Shown: positions 29,303-43,341 of the stretch, piece by piece
Layout of the letters: each line of letters begins with the position of its first letter
Position numbering within the stretch: position 1 is the first letter of the stretch
Sequence record: PQ478073.1
Source of the DNA: a phage
Reading direction: 5' to 3' (one strand)
Length of the DNA stretch: 64,000 nt
The notes under the pieces: model-generated
What the model was told of the DNA's origin: nothing
The model's input: the letters and a program-made list of their open reading frames with translations, nothing else
The model's database searches: none
Made by a program: the position numbers and the translations under genes

Positions 29303-29337
29303 TCATCTCACCGATTGTGGTGAGGTGACATTTTTTT
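29303..29337 (+). terminator. intrinsic terminator after fibre chaperone gene
   Basis: TCATCTCACC-gattgt-GGTGAGGTGA hairpin then T7. Confidence 0.5.
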
Positions 29338-29362
29338 GAAAACACACATGGAGAAATACAAA

Positions 29363-29665
29363 ATGGCTAAATCTAAAAAAGAAGTTAAAGTTGAAATTCG
29401 TGATCTAAACGATGAACAACGTAAACGTCTCGGTGACGCACTTAACAACATTGTTGTACAACTAACTTTCATTGATGATACCAAAGCATCCTTATCTGAT
29501 TTTGTTTCTAGTGTTTCTGATGAACTTGGTATCGATGCATCTGATATCAAACAAGCTGCACAACGTATGTACAAAGGTGATTACTTTGACAAACAAAATA
29601 AACTCGATAATATCGAAACTATTCTTAGTGTTACTAATAATCTTCCACAAGCAGATGATTACTAA
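29363..29665 (+). CDS. small DNA-binding protein, possibly DsbA-like
   Basis: DELGIDASD...Y segment resembles recalled T4 DsbA DELGVDGKMF; GGAG RBS; terminator follows. Confidence 0.3.
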   Translation: MAKSKKEVKVEIRDLNDEQRKRLGDALNNIVVQLTFIDDTKASLSDFVSSVSDELGIDASDIKQAAQRMYKGDYFDKQNKLDNIETILSVTNNLPQADDY

Positions 29666-29687
29666 TTAGTACTAAAATATATTAAAT

Positions 29688-29716
29688 AGCCTCCAATGAC
29701 GGAGGCTTTCTTTTTA
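29688..29716 (+). terminator. intrinsic terminator
   Basis: AGCCTCC-aatgac-GGAGGCT then TTCTTTTT. Confidence 0.6.
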
Positions 29717-29744
29717 ACTTAATAAACGTAAGGGAATACAAACG

Positions 29745-32700
29745 ATGTATATCGATGCTTATATGGAACGTAAACGTACTGGTGATATTCTTCATGTAGT
29801 TGAACGTAAGAATGGTAAACGTATTCTACGCGAATTAGATCCAGTATATGAATATTATGTTGAATCCCCACAAGGAACACATAAAACTGTTTATGGTACA
29901 ATGGCTAAACATTTTGAGTTTCAAACTCAAGCTCAAATGAATAAAAGTGTAGAGCAACACAAAAGTGAAGGTCTACGTATTTTTGAAAGTGATTGTAACA
30001 TTACATTTAAAACATTAGCTAAAGAATATATGGGAAAAGGTTCACCCGATTTGAACATCGTGTTCTTCGATATCGAGACTGATTTCCATAAGAAATTTGG
30101 TTATGCTCCACCATCAGACCCGTTTAACCGAGTAACCGCTATTTCTCTATATCAATCATGGACTGGAAAGGATTATGTACTTACTTTACCACCTGCTGAT
30201 ATGGAAATTTATGAAGCACAAGATATTGTTCGCCAACTAAATGAAGAAACAAACGATCCTAACAGTACTGTAATTTTATATACAGACGAAAAGGAAATGT
30301 TTATGGAATTCTTTAGTTTAATTGATGATTCTGATGTTATTTCAGGATGGAATAGTGAATTCTTTGATATTCCATATATGATCAATCGAACTAAAAAAAT
30401 CTTCAATGAAGCAACAACTGCTCGTTGGTGTTTATGGAATAAAAAACCAAATTCACGTGAAGCAGACAACTTTGGTAAAACTGTTCAAACATATGATCTG
30501 GTAGGTCGCGTCCATCTTGATTATTTGGCTTTGTATAAGAAACATGCTGGTCAAGTTGAACAATCTTATAAACTAGATTATATTGCTGAAAAAGTAACTA
30601 AAGAAAATAAAGTATCCTATGAAGGTTCATTGGATAAACTTTACAGAGAGGATTACATTACTTTCTTGCGTTATTCTAAACAGGATAGTATTCTTCTTAA
30701 AAAGATTGATGCTAAATGTGACTATATCAACCTACACAATCGACTTGCACACAAAGAATGTGTACTTATCAGTACAACAATGGGTTCAGTAGCACTAATC
30801 GACACTGCTATTATCAACTTAGCACATACTCGTGGTGAAGTTGTTTTCAACAAAGCACCGAAAGATGATCTTGAGTTTGATCCAGAAATGGAATATTATG
30901 GTGAAGATGGTGAAGAAGAAGATGAGAAAATTAGTGCAAAAGCAGCAGGTGCATGGGTACAAGATCCAGTACTAGGACTTGTAAGTGACCTTGGGTGTAC
31001 TGACTTTAACTCTCTTTACCCTACTGTTCTACGTACTTTGGGTATGAGTACTGAATGTATTCTTGGTCAATTACGTCAAGATTACACCGATGCGTATCTT
31101 GCAGCTAAAATCCAAGAACAGAAGAACAAATCTAAATCTAAATCATTTGAACCAGATTGGACTGCGGCATGGCATGGTTTATTTGCTGCTGTTGAATTTA
31201 CAATGGTTCATGAAAAGTCAGAAGAAACATTGATTGTTGATTTAGAAGATGGGAGTTCTTTTAAAGCAACGGGCAAAGAGCTATATGATATTATTTTTGC
31301 AGAAGATAGTACTATTGTACTTAGTGCAAACGGAACACTTTTTGATAAGTCTAAGTCTGGTGTAATTCCTGACATTCTAACTCAATGGTATTCTGAACGT
31401 AAAGCACAGCAAAAAATGGTCATTGACTACAAACATATGTATACTGATGGTTGGGAGTTTAATGGCTATGAAAAAGTTGAACCACTACTATCAAACTATA
31501 CCCCTGGTACAATGTTTAGAACTAATATTCATGATAATGATCCTGTATACTTACTTCGTAAAGAAATTGGTAAAGGACAGTGGGATGAAGTTGCTAAGTT
31601 GATTGTAGAAAACGGATTAGTACTAAAAGATGGTCGTATTTTCTGTCCTAAAGAAGAAAAAGATTACTTCAAACAACGTAGTGCTTTTTGGAAACAGAAC
31701 CAACAGATTCGTAAGATTCTTCTAAACAGTCTATATGGTGCACTATTGAACAAAGGTTCTCGTTTCTTTGACAAACGTTTAGGTCAATCTGTAACATTAA
31801 CTGGACGTTCTATGACCAAACATATGGCAAGTCGTATCAATGAAATTACTACTGGTGTATATAACCACCAAGGTGGTTCAGTAATTTATGGTGATACTGA
31901 CTCAGTTTACTTTAGTGTAACTCATTATCTGAAAGAACAAGGTATTCCATATAATCTATCTAAAGAAGAGATTGTTGATATGTATATTAAAATTGGTGAA
32001 GAAGTTGGTGAATCTTTCCCATCATTTATGCATGAGATGTTCAACACTGGTATTGAAAAAGGTAAGATTGTTGGTGCAGACCTTGAGATGGTTGGTTCAC
32101 GTGGCCTATTCTTGAAGAAAAAACGTTATGCAATTCTGAAGTACTGGGAAGATGGGTTCCGTAAAGATATTGATGGTAAACCAGGTGAAATCAAAGCGAT
32201 GGGTCTTGAAATTAAACGCTCAGATACGCCAAAATACATCCAGAACTTCCTAGAAGAGACTCTAATCGCATTACTGGTAGGTGAGAGTGAACAACAGCTA
32301 AAACAGCGTGTACGTGAGTTTAAGGACGTATTTAAGGATATGCCTGTACATGAAAAAGGTTCACCAAAAACTGTAAAAAACTACACTAATTTAGAGGCTG
32401 AATATCAGCTAACTGGTAAGTGTAAAGTTGGTCACGTTCTTGCTGGTATCCAATGGAACCGCCTACGTGAAGTTTATGATGATAAATCTGTACCAGAAGT
32501 AACGGATGGAACAAAAGTAATTGTCTGTAACTTAAAAGATAATCCTATGGGAATTAAAGCTGTTGGTTATCCAATTGACTGTGTTGAGTATCTACCAGAA
32601 TGGTTCTTGGAACTACCATTTGATACTGAAAAAATGGAAGAGATTGTTCTAACTAAAAAATTAGAGAATATTTTTGGTATTTTGGATATGGATATTGGTA

Positions 32701-32750
32701 TTCATGAAAAAAGTACTGCGTCAGTAAACAATGGATTCTTCACTTGGTAA
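29745..32750 (+). CDS. 43: DNA polymerase, family B (gp43)
   Basis: Exo I FFDIETD, pol motif YGDTDSVYF, LYPTV, KILLNSLYG. Confidence 0.9.
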   Translation: MYIDAYMERKRTGDILHVVERKNGKRILRELDPVYEYYVESPQGTHKTVYGTMAKHFEFQTQAQMNKSVEQHKSEGLRIFESDCNITFKTLAKEYMGKGSPDLNIVFFDIETDFHKKFGYAPPSDPFNRVTAISLYQSWTGKDYVLTLPPADMEIYEAQDIVRQLNEETNDPNSTVILYTDEKEMFMEFFSLIDDSDVISGWNSEFFDIPYMINRTKKIFNEATTARWCLWNKKPNSREADNFGKTVQTYDLVGRVHLDYLALYKKHAGQVEQSYKLDYIAEKVTKENKVSYEGSLDKLYREDYITFLRYSKQDSILLKKIDAKCDYINLHNRLAHKECVLISTTMGSVALIDTAIINLAHTRGEVVFNKAPKDDLEFDPEMEYYGEDGEEEDEKISAKAAGAWVQDPVLGLVSDLGCTDFNSLYPTVLRTLGMSTECILGQLRQDYTDAYLAAKIQEQKNKSKSKSFEPDWTAAWHGLFAAVEFTMVHEKSEETLIVDLEDGSSFKATGKELYDIIFAEDSTIVLSANGTLFDKSKSGVIPDILTQWYSERKAQQKMVIDYKHMYTDGWEFNGYEKVEPLLSNYTPGTMFRTNIHDNDPVYLLRKEIGKGQWDEVAKLIVENGLVLKDGRIFCPKEEKDYFKQRSAFWKQNQQIRKILLNSLYGALLNKGSRFFDKRLGQSVTLTGRSMTKHMASRINEITTGVYNHQGGSVIYGDTDSVYFSVTHYLKEQGIPYNLSKEEIVDMYIKIGEEVGESFPSFMHEMFNTGIEKGKIVGADLEMVGSRGLFLKKKRYAILKYWEDGFRKDIDGKPGEIKAMGLEIKRSDTPKYIQNFLEETLIALLVGESEQQLKQRVREFKDVFKDMPVHEKGSPKTVKNYTNLEAEYQLTGKCKVGHVLAGIQWNRLREVYDDKSVPEVTDGTKVIVCNLKDNPMGIKAVGYPIDCVEYLPEWFLELPFDTEKMEEIVLTKKLENIFGILDMDIGIHEKSTASVNNGFFTW

Positions 32751-32761
32751 GGAGTAATAAT

Positions 32762-32911
32762 ATGGTTATTGTAAATGAAATTGAACTAAACTATGATGAA
32801 GTAAACGATACTTTCACTAATGAGATGTTGAATCTTACTGAAGAAAGTGTAAATGAGGCATGGGAAAAATATGTAGAATGGACTTCATTACAAGGTAAAA
32901 ATAATGAGTAA
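32762..32911 (+). CDS. small hypothetical protein (49 aa)
   Basis: AAGGAG RBS then ATG at 32762; below the 60-aa ORF-track cutoff. Confidence 0.35.
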   Translation: MVIVNEIELNYDEVNDTFTNEMLNLTEESVNEAWEKYVEWTSLQGKNNE

Positions 32912-33200
32912 TATATATAAGCGTATTGGTGAAGTATTAGAAGGTAATGGTATCATTAATTCTGTACTAGCATATGATAATGATGAAGAAGTAGTTCTAA
33001 TTGGTGCGGGTTTTACTCGCACTGGTTCAGTGGAAGTTGACGGAGAGATTGCTGATGTTTACACTCTTGTGAAAAAGCGTAAAGTTGTTTTTGTCGATGA
33101 TGTACATACATTAAAAGACTTGAAAAAATTACGCGATAAAATTGGCATGAGTTCTACAATTGATAAGCCTTATCTTCAACGTTGGAATACAAAATACTGA
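32904..33200 (+). CDS. hypothetical protein
   Basis: 98-aa ORF overlapping upstream small ORF. Confidence 0.5.
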   Translation: MSNIYKRIGEVLEGNGIINSVLAYDNDEEVVLIGAGFTRTGSVEVDGEIADVYTLVKKRKVVFVDDVHTLKDLKKLRDKIGMSSTIDKPYLQRWNTKY

Positions 33201-33208
33201 TAAAAAAT

Positions 33209-33238
33209 TGAGACAAGCATCATTTTTGAGATATAATG
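33209..33238 (+). promoter_or_regulatory. early/middle promoter, TGAGACA family
   Basis: TGAGAC-18-TATAAT upstream of 33302 gene. Confidence 0.45.
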
Positions 33239-33301
33239 GTGCTTGTAGTAATCTTACATAAAAACATTTTTTGATTAACAAATAAAACGGAGAATTATAT
33301 A

Positions 33302-34033
33302 ATGGATCTACGCAACGTACTACGTGACCTCGTAAACACAACCAGTGGTATTGACTTCTCTTGTATTGCAGTAAGCAGTGAAGACCGTGGTGAAGGACAA
33401 CGTGTATATCTAGAAGCGTACACAGATGACCGAACTCTTGTAATGCGAGCATATACTAAAGAAGATGTTCCTGAAGTTCAGGGTCGTTTTGGCTTAGGTA
33501 ATCTAGGTCTTCTTCAGGGTCTAATGTCTCTAAAAACATACAGTACCGAAGGAACCACAATCACATCAAATGTTAAAGATGGTTCAGTTAAAAGTCTGGC
33601 ATTTAAATCTGAAGATGCAAGCACTACATTTATGGTACAAGCTGAAAAACTTATTCCAGTTCAACCACGTTTTCATGAACAACCATATGACGTACAGGTT
33701 ATTCCTAGTGCAGCAAAAGTTCAGGAACTAAAGAGTTTTTCTGGTGTATTTAAATCTTTTAGTTCTCTTGTAACTCCGTATACTGAAGGCGACACCCTAT
33801 ACTTTCACGTTGGTGAGAAAAACAAAAGTAACCACGTTGGTTCTCTAGCTTTTTCTAAAACTGAAGGTGAATTAGGTCTTGGTTTTGGTTATAATATTGA
33901 TCGCGTACTTCAAGCATTATCTCGCGTATCTAATGCCGAATCAGTATCACTTGGTATTACTAAAACTGGTATGCTAAATGTAACACTAGATACTGGAATT
34001 GCAGTATACAAATTTTACGTAACAGGCTGCTAA
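33302..34033 (+). CDS. hypothetical protein, possibly sliding clamp (gp45-like)
   Basis: 243 aa; weak pattern similarity to recalled gp45; family-type promoter at 33209-33238. Confidence 0.3.
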   Translation: MDLRNVLRDLVNTTSGIDFSCIAVSSEDRGEGQRVYLEAYTDDRTLVMRAYTKEDVPEVQGRFGLGNLGLLQGLMSLKTYSTEGTTITSNVKDGSVKSLAFKSEDASTTFMVQAEKLIPVQPRFHEQPYDVQVIPSAAKVQELKSFSGVFKSFSSLVTPYTEGDTLYFHVGEKNKSNHVGSLAFSKTEGELGLGFGYNIDRVLQALSRVSNAESVSLGITKTGMLNVTLDTGIAVYKFYVTGC

Positions 34034-34097
34034 TATAAATAACGGGGAACACTATGTTCCCCAAATTAGTTTGATTTAAAAAGTAAAGGAATACAAA

Positions 34098-34304
34098 ATG
34101 CCATTATATACATATCGTTGTGAAAAAGAAGAATGCAAACATAGCATGGAAAAAATTGTTAAAATTGCAAATCGTGATGAACCTCATGATTGTCCTAAAT
34201 GTAATGGTGAAAAAACTATGAAGTTGGAAGTGTTCACTCCAGGTGATAAGGGTGCTAATCTTTATTTCCGTGGAAAATGGTTTGCAAATACTGGAGGTTA
34301 CTGA
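34098..34304 (+). CDS. FmdB-family zinc-ribbon protein
   Basis: MPLYTYRCEKEEC...CPKCNG. Confidence 0.6.
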   Translation: MPLYTYRCEKEECKHSMEKIVKIANRDEPHDCPKCNGEKTMKLEVFTPGDKGANLYFRGKWFANTGGY

Positions 34305-34305
34305 T

Positions 34306-34605
34306 ATGAAAATTAAAATGATTAATGATTACGTTCTTGTTCGACAAATTGAAGCACAGAATAAAAGTACTGGTGGTATTATTCTAGGTAATGTTGAACC
34401 ACCATGTATTGGGATGGTAATTTCCGTTGGTCCAGGTAAAATTCTTCCGAACGGACAACTTGCAGAACATAATATTAAAGAAGGTGATATGGTTGTGTTT
34501 GGTCGTTCATCTTTGAACACACCACTGACTGAAGATCTTGGTGGCGGCGAAGATACATATTATGTAATGAAAATCGAAGAGATTTTTGGTAAGAAAAATG
34601 GCTAA
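34306..34605 (+). CDS. GroES-like co-chaperonin (gp31 functional analogue)
   Basis: INDYVLVRQ...KSTGGIIL...GMVISVGPG...GDMVVF matches GroES; GGAGG RBS. Confidence 0.75.
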   Translation: MKIKMINDYVLVRQIEAQNKSTGGIILGNVEPPCIGMVISVGPGKILPNGQLAEHNIKEGDMVVFGRSSLNTPLTEDLGGGEDTYYVMKIEEIFGKKNG

Positions 34606-35323
34606 AAAGAAATTTATTCCATTTTGGATGGTCCCTGCTCACTGGGGACTTTCTGGAAAGGCAAAAGAGATAGCTAAAGCATACTACTACAATGATGATT
34701 ATGAAGCTGATATGAAAGTTGCTGAATTGACATATCTAACTCCATATGAAGTTGAAGTGGCCCAATTGGATATTAAAAAGAAATATAGCGTAATTGGAGA
34801 TTTGGAATATCTAATTGCTGTACTTGATGTTGAACTAAAATATTCTAAAATTACTCGTGAACAGTATGATGTTAAAGTTCTTGATGCAAAACTAAGTATT
34901 GGAGTTATTACAGAAAAAGAATATGATATGGAAATCATTGAGTTAATGCCAGAAGGTGATGAAAAAAGGCTTAAGGCTATTGAATTTGCATATCGTTACG
35001 ATGAAATCACACAAAGTGAATATTCTAAGGAAATATACACACTTCGTAAAGAACCTTGGATTGATTTGGATGTTGTTCTTGATCCTGAAACTAATGAAGT
35101 TGAGTTTGTATTTGACTATAATGAATATTTCTGGAAAAAGTTGAAAGCTGAAGGTCATCCAGGAAATGATGAAGAAGAAATTATCGATAACTTTGTGAGA
35201 GACTTGGGGCGTAAACTTGCTACGGATGATTTCAGTGATGATTACGACACAAAGCTGGTGAGTGCGAACGAAGGATTAGACAAGCTACCTGGTTTGCCTG
35301 AAGGATTTCGTTCATATAGATAA
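34598..35323 (+). CDS. hypothetical protein
   Basis: 241-aa ORF overlapping end of GroES-like gene. Confidence 0.5.
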   Translation: MAKKKFIPFWMVPAHWGLSGKAKEIAKAYYYNDDYEADMKVAELTYLTPYEVEVAQLDIKKKYSVIGDLEYLIAVLDVELKYSKITREQYDVKVLDAKLSIGVITEKEYDMEIIELMPEGDEKRLKAIEFAYRYDEITQSEYSKEIYTLRKEPWIDLDVVLDPETNEVEFVFDYNEYFWKKLKAEGHPGNDEEEIIDNFVRDLGRKLATDDFSDDYDTKLVSANEGLDKLPGLPEGFRSYR

Positions 35324-35327
35324 CATA

Positions 35328-35362
35328 TAAAAAAAGGAGAGCAAATGCTCTCCTTTTCTTTT
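35328..35362. terminator. bidirectional intrinsic terminator
   Basis: A-run, GGAGAGC-aaat-GCTCTCC, TTTTCTTTT; lies between convergent genes. Confidence 0.6.
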
Positions 35363-35370
35363 GAAAAATA

Positions 35371-36060
35371 TTAAACCAATGCTGGGATGTATTGGAAAAG
35401 TTTAACACCGAAATCACCTGCTGCATCAGCAGATTGGGAACGTAGGTAAACTTCGGTAACACCATCTTTAGCAAGTAGTGGAACACCAGTTAGATCATCA
35501 ATTAGTAGACGGCCTTCTTCGGATTCAGTACTTGGTACACCTTGTGGTGATTTAAGATCTTTGTTAAAGACACCAGCACGTTCAACTAGGAAGGTAACAA
35601 CAGAAGCATCAGCAATACTAACTGAACCTGCACTCAATACACCATCAGGTGCGTTGGTGAAACCAGTAACTGGAAATACTTCAAGACCATTACCTGCGAT
35701 GTTAGAGGTAGCGATGATAACCGCACGTTGTTGAACAACATCGACAATACGTTTAACGTTAGTTTGTGCTGCATAAGATGCATTGTAATCAGCTTCTAGT
35801 GTGCCAAGAACAAATGCAGTTCCATCAATACGTTTGATACCTTTATCATTTAGATATGCTAGAATTTCTTCTGGAATATCAGTGTTTAGAAAACGTTGTA
35901 GACCAGCATAAGAAGAAACTGCACCAGTAACTAGAACGTTTACGTTTCCTAGCTTACTGATAGCAATGGATGCTAGGGCGTTAGTGCCACAAAAGTAACC
36001 TAGAATACGTTCAAAGGAATAACCATTGATACGTTCAAAAGAAGTATTAGTATATGACAT
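35371..36060 (-). CDS. abundant late protein, paralogue A
   Basis: 229 aa; shares QQRAV...T(S/T) and ER(A/Q)(G/D)VFNK(D/Q) with adjacent gene; high-expression codon usage. Confidence 0.6.
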   Translation of the reverse strand: MSYTNTSFERINGYSFERILGYFCGTNALASIAISKLGNVNVLVTGAVSSYAGLQRFLNTDIPEEILAYLNDKGIKRIDGTAFVLGTLEADYNASYAAQTNVKRIVDVVQQRAVIIATSNIAGNGLEVFPVTGFTNAPDGVLSAGSVSIADASVVTFLVERAGVFNKDLKSPQGVPSTESEEGRLLIDDLTGVPLLAKDGVTEVYLRSQSADAAGDFGVKLFQYIPALV

Positions 36061-36074
36061 AATCTATCCTCCTA

Positions 36075-36674
36075 TTATAGTTGAACAGGAAGAGCAGCAC
36101 GTACTTTAATTGCTACAGCAGTAGATGCACCTGCATCACCAACACCATCAGTACCTTGACTTACGAAAGTTTTGGTACGGAAAACTTTAGCTTGAGCGAT
36201 AGACTTAGCTAGGTCAACAGTTGGATCAACTGGAGCAGGACATGCTGAACCAGGACGAACTTCTTGCTTGTTAAATACGTCTTGACGTTCACAGATGAAA
36301 GTCAATGCAACAGAATTAGCACCACCTGCTACATCAGCACCACTAGTGCCGAACGCAACTACGTTTGGATTAGCATTTTTGAAATCAGCAGGAATAACAA
36401 CTTCTGAATCAAGAGCTAGTAGAGAGGTAGTAACTAGAACTGCACGTTGTTGTAGTAGTTGGGTAACCATGAATAGGTTATATTGAGCATTACTTAGAGC
36501 AGTTTGATACGCTTCAGCTTGAACATCAGAACCGTCAGAAGTAACTTTGGTAGTACCTAGTTCAACATCAGTTGGTAGATCGATTACGATGGTAACGAAA
36601 CCGTTATTACCACCCCACCATTCGCGAGCAACGCTAGACATACCATAGTTACGGTTAAAAGAATTAAGACTCAT
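36075..36674 (-). CDS. abundant late protein, paralogue B
   Basis: 199 aa; paralogue of 35371-36060; conserved ATAAATAATATCATA motif ~100 nt upstream on minus strand. Confidence 0.6.
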   Translation of the reverse strand: MSLNSFNRNYGMSSVAREWWGGNNGFVTIVIDLPTDVELGTTKVTSDGSDVQAEAYQTALSNAQYNLFMVTQLLQQRAVLVTTSLLALDSEVVIPADFKNANPNVVAFGTSGADVAGGANSVALTFICERQDVFNKQEVRPGSACPAPVDPTVDLAKSIAQAKVFRTKTFVSQGTDGVGDAGASTAVAIKVRAALPVQL

Positions 36675-36797
36675 GAAAATCTCCTTGTCAAATTTTGTGC
36701 AGGTATATCCTGCTTAAAGTTATTTATCAAAAAATATCACTAGCATTTAAATTTACTGAGATATTTAATGAATTTCTATGATATTATTTATCAAATC

Positions 36798-36826
36798 TGG
36801 GAAAGTGATTCAAGATGTGCTATAAT
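36798..36826 (+). promoter_or_regulatory. early/middle promoter, TGGGAA-17-TGcTATAAT
   Basis: Extended -10 TGCTATAAT upstream of rnh. Confidence 0.45.
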
Positions 36827-36835
36827 TATCAATGA

Positions 36836-42093
<5,258 letters not shown>

Positions 42094-42103
42094 TTAAAAA
42101 ATA

Positions 42104-42132
42104 TGGGACAGTATAAAAACCTGTGCTATAAT
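42104..42132 (+). promoter_or_regulatory. gp32 upstream promoter 2 (TGGGAC-17-TGcTATAAT)
   Basis: Extended -10 TGCTATAAT ~90 nt upstream of gp32 ATG. Confidence 0.45.
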
Positions 42133-42219
42133 GTAAAACGTTGAAGGAACAATGAAGTTTCTGAAACATTGAAGCCAATTAACAAATAACAAAGAAACCC
42201 AAAATCAAGGAAGATATAT

Positions 42220-43272
42220 ATGAAATCTCTAGCTGAAATTCGTGCACACCTAAAAGCAGAACAAGAAAAAGCAGAAGCTCAAAAGAATGGTACATTTACT
42301 GGCGAGCGTAAAGCTGATTCGTTCTTAGCTTTCTGGAACGTACCTTATAACGAACCACTAAACCTACGTTTTCTACCAGATGCAGATGAGTCTAACCCAT
42401 TCTTCTGGCGTGAACGTGACATGATTAACCTAACTTTCAATGGTGTAGTCGGTATGCACACTGATAAAGTTACCGTTCAAGTACCTTGTAACGAAATGTG
42501 GGTTCCTAAATCCTGTCCGGTTCTGAAAGAAGTACGTCAATGGTTCCAAAGTGCGAATGAAACAGGGAACGAAGAACTAAAAGCAATGGCTGGTCGTTAC
42601 TGGAAGAAGAAAACCTATCTAATGCAATGTTTTATTGCTCCTGATAGCGTTGCAGTAAAAGACGACATTGCACCAGAAAATCCAATTCGTCGTATTCTGG
42701 CTAACAAAGATATCTTTGATAAAGTTAAATCCATCCTGCTAAACCCAGGCATCAAAGAGTCTCCAACTCACTACGTTCAAGGTCGTGATTTTGGTATTGT
42801 TAAAACTAAGAATGGTGGTGGTTATAATAGCTACGACATGTCTCAATTCTCCATGTCTGAGCGTCCACTAAACGAAGAAGAACTAGCAGCAATTGAAAAA
42901 TATGGCCTATACAATCTAAATGATTTTATGCCAAAACAACCAACTCCAGAAGAGTTGAAAGCAATTGAAGAAATGTTCGAAGCATCAGTAAATGGTGAAG
43001 CATATGATCCAGCACGTTGGGCATTTGCATATCGTCCAGCAGGTGTACCAAAACCTAACTCTGGAACTGTTACTGAATCAAAACCAACTCCTGCTCCAGT
43101 ACAACAAGAGTCAGCACCTGCACCAGTAGCACCTACTGCTCCAGTTACACCAGCCCCACAAGCTGCTCCAGTAACTCCAGTCGCTACCCCAGCAGCAACC
43201 ACTCCTGAAGCACCAAAAGAACAACTATCTGCATCTGCACTAGTTGCTCGTTTGAAACAACAAGGTAAGTAA
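42220..43272 (+). CDS. 32: single-stranded DNA-binding protein (gp32)
   Basis: LNLRFLPDADESNPFF matches recalled gp32 VIRFLPSKNDEQAPFA; Cys/His cluster; Pro/Ala-rich C-tail; tandem promoters and A-rich leader. Confidence 0.75.
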   Translation: MKSLAEIRAHLKAEQEKAEAQKNGTFTGERKADSFLAFWNVPYNEPLNLRFLPDADESNPFFWRERDMINLTFNGVVGMHTDKVTVQVPCNEMWVPKSCPVLKEVRQWFQSANETGNEELKAMAGRYWKKKTYLMQCFIAPDSVAVKDDIAPENPIRRILANKDIFDKVKSILLNPGIKESPTHYVQGRDFGIVKTKNGGGYNSYDMSQFSMSERPLNEEELAAIEKYGLYNLNDFMPKQPTPEELKAIEEMFEASVNGEAYDPARWAFAYRPAGVPKPNSGTVTESKPTPAPVQQESAPAPVAPTAPVTPAPQAAPVTPVATPAATTPEAPKEQLSASALVARLKQQGK

Positions 43273-43290
43273 TAGTTTTTGAAAAGTTAA

Positions 43291-43319
43291 GGGGCAACGG
43301 AGTTTGCCCCGTTTTATTT
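43291..43319 (+). terminator. intrinsic terminator after gp32
   Basis: GGGGCAA-cggagt-TTGCCCC then GTTTTATTT. Confidence 0.6.
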
Positions 43320-43341
43320 CATAAAATTCAAGGAGCGAATT

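Noticed and set aside
29745-32750. Intein or intron in the DNA polymerase
   Set aside because: Continuous frame with polymerase motifs in normal order and no large insert bearing intein or homing-endonuclease blocks
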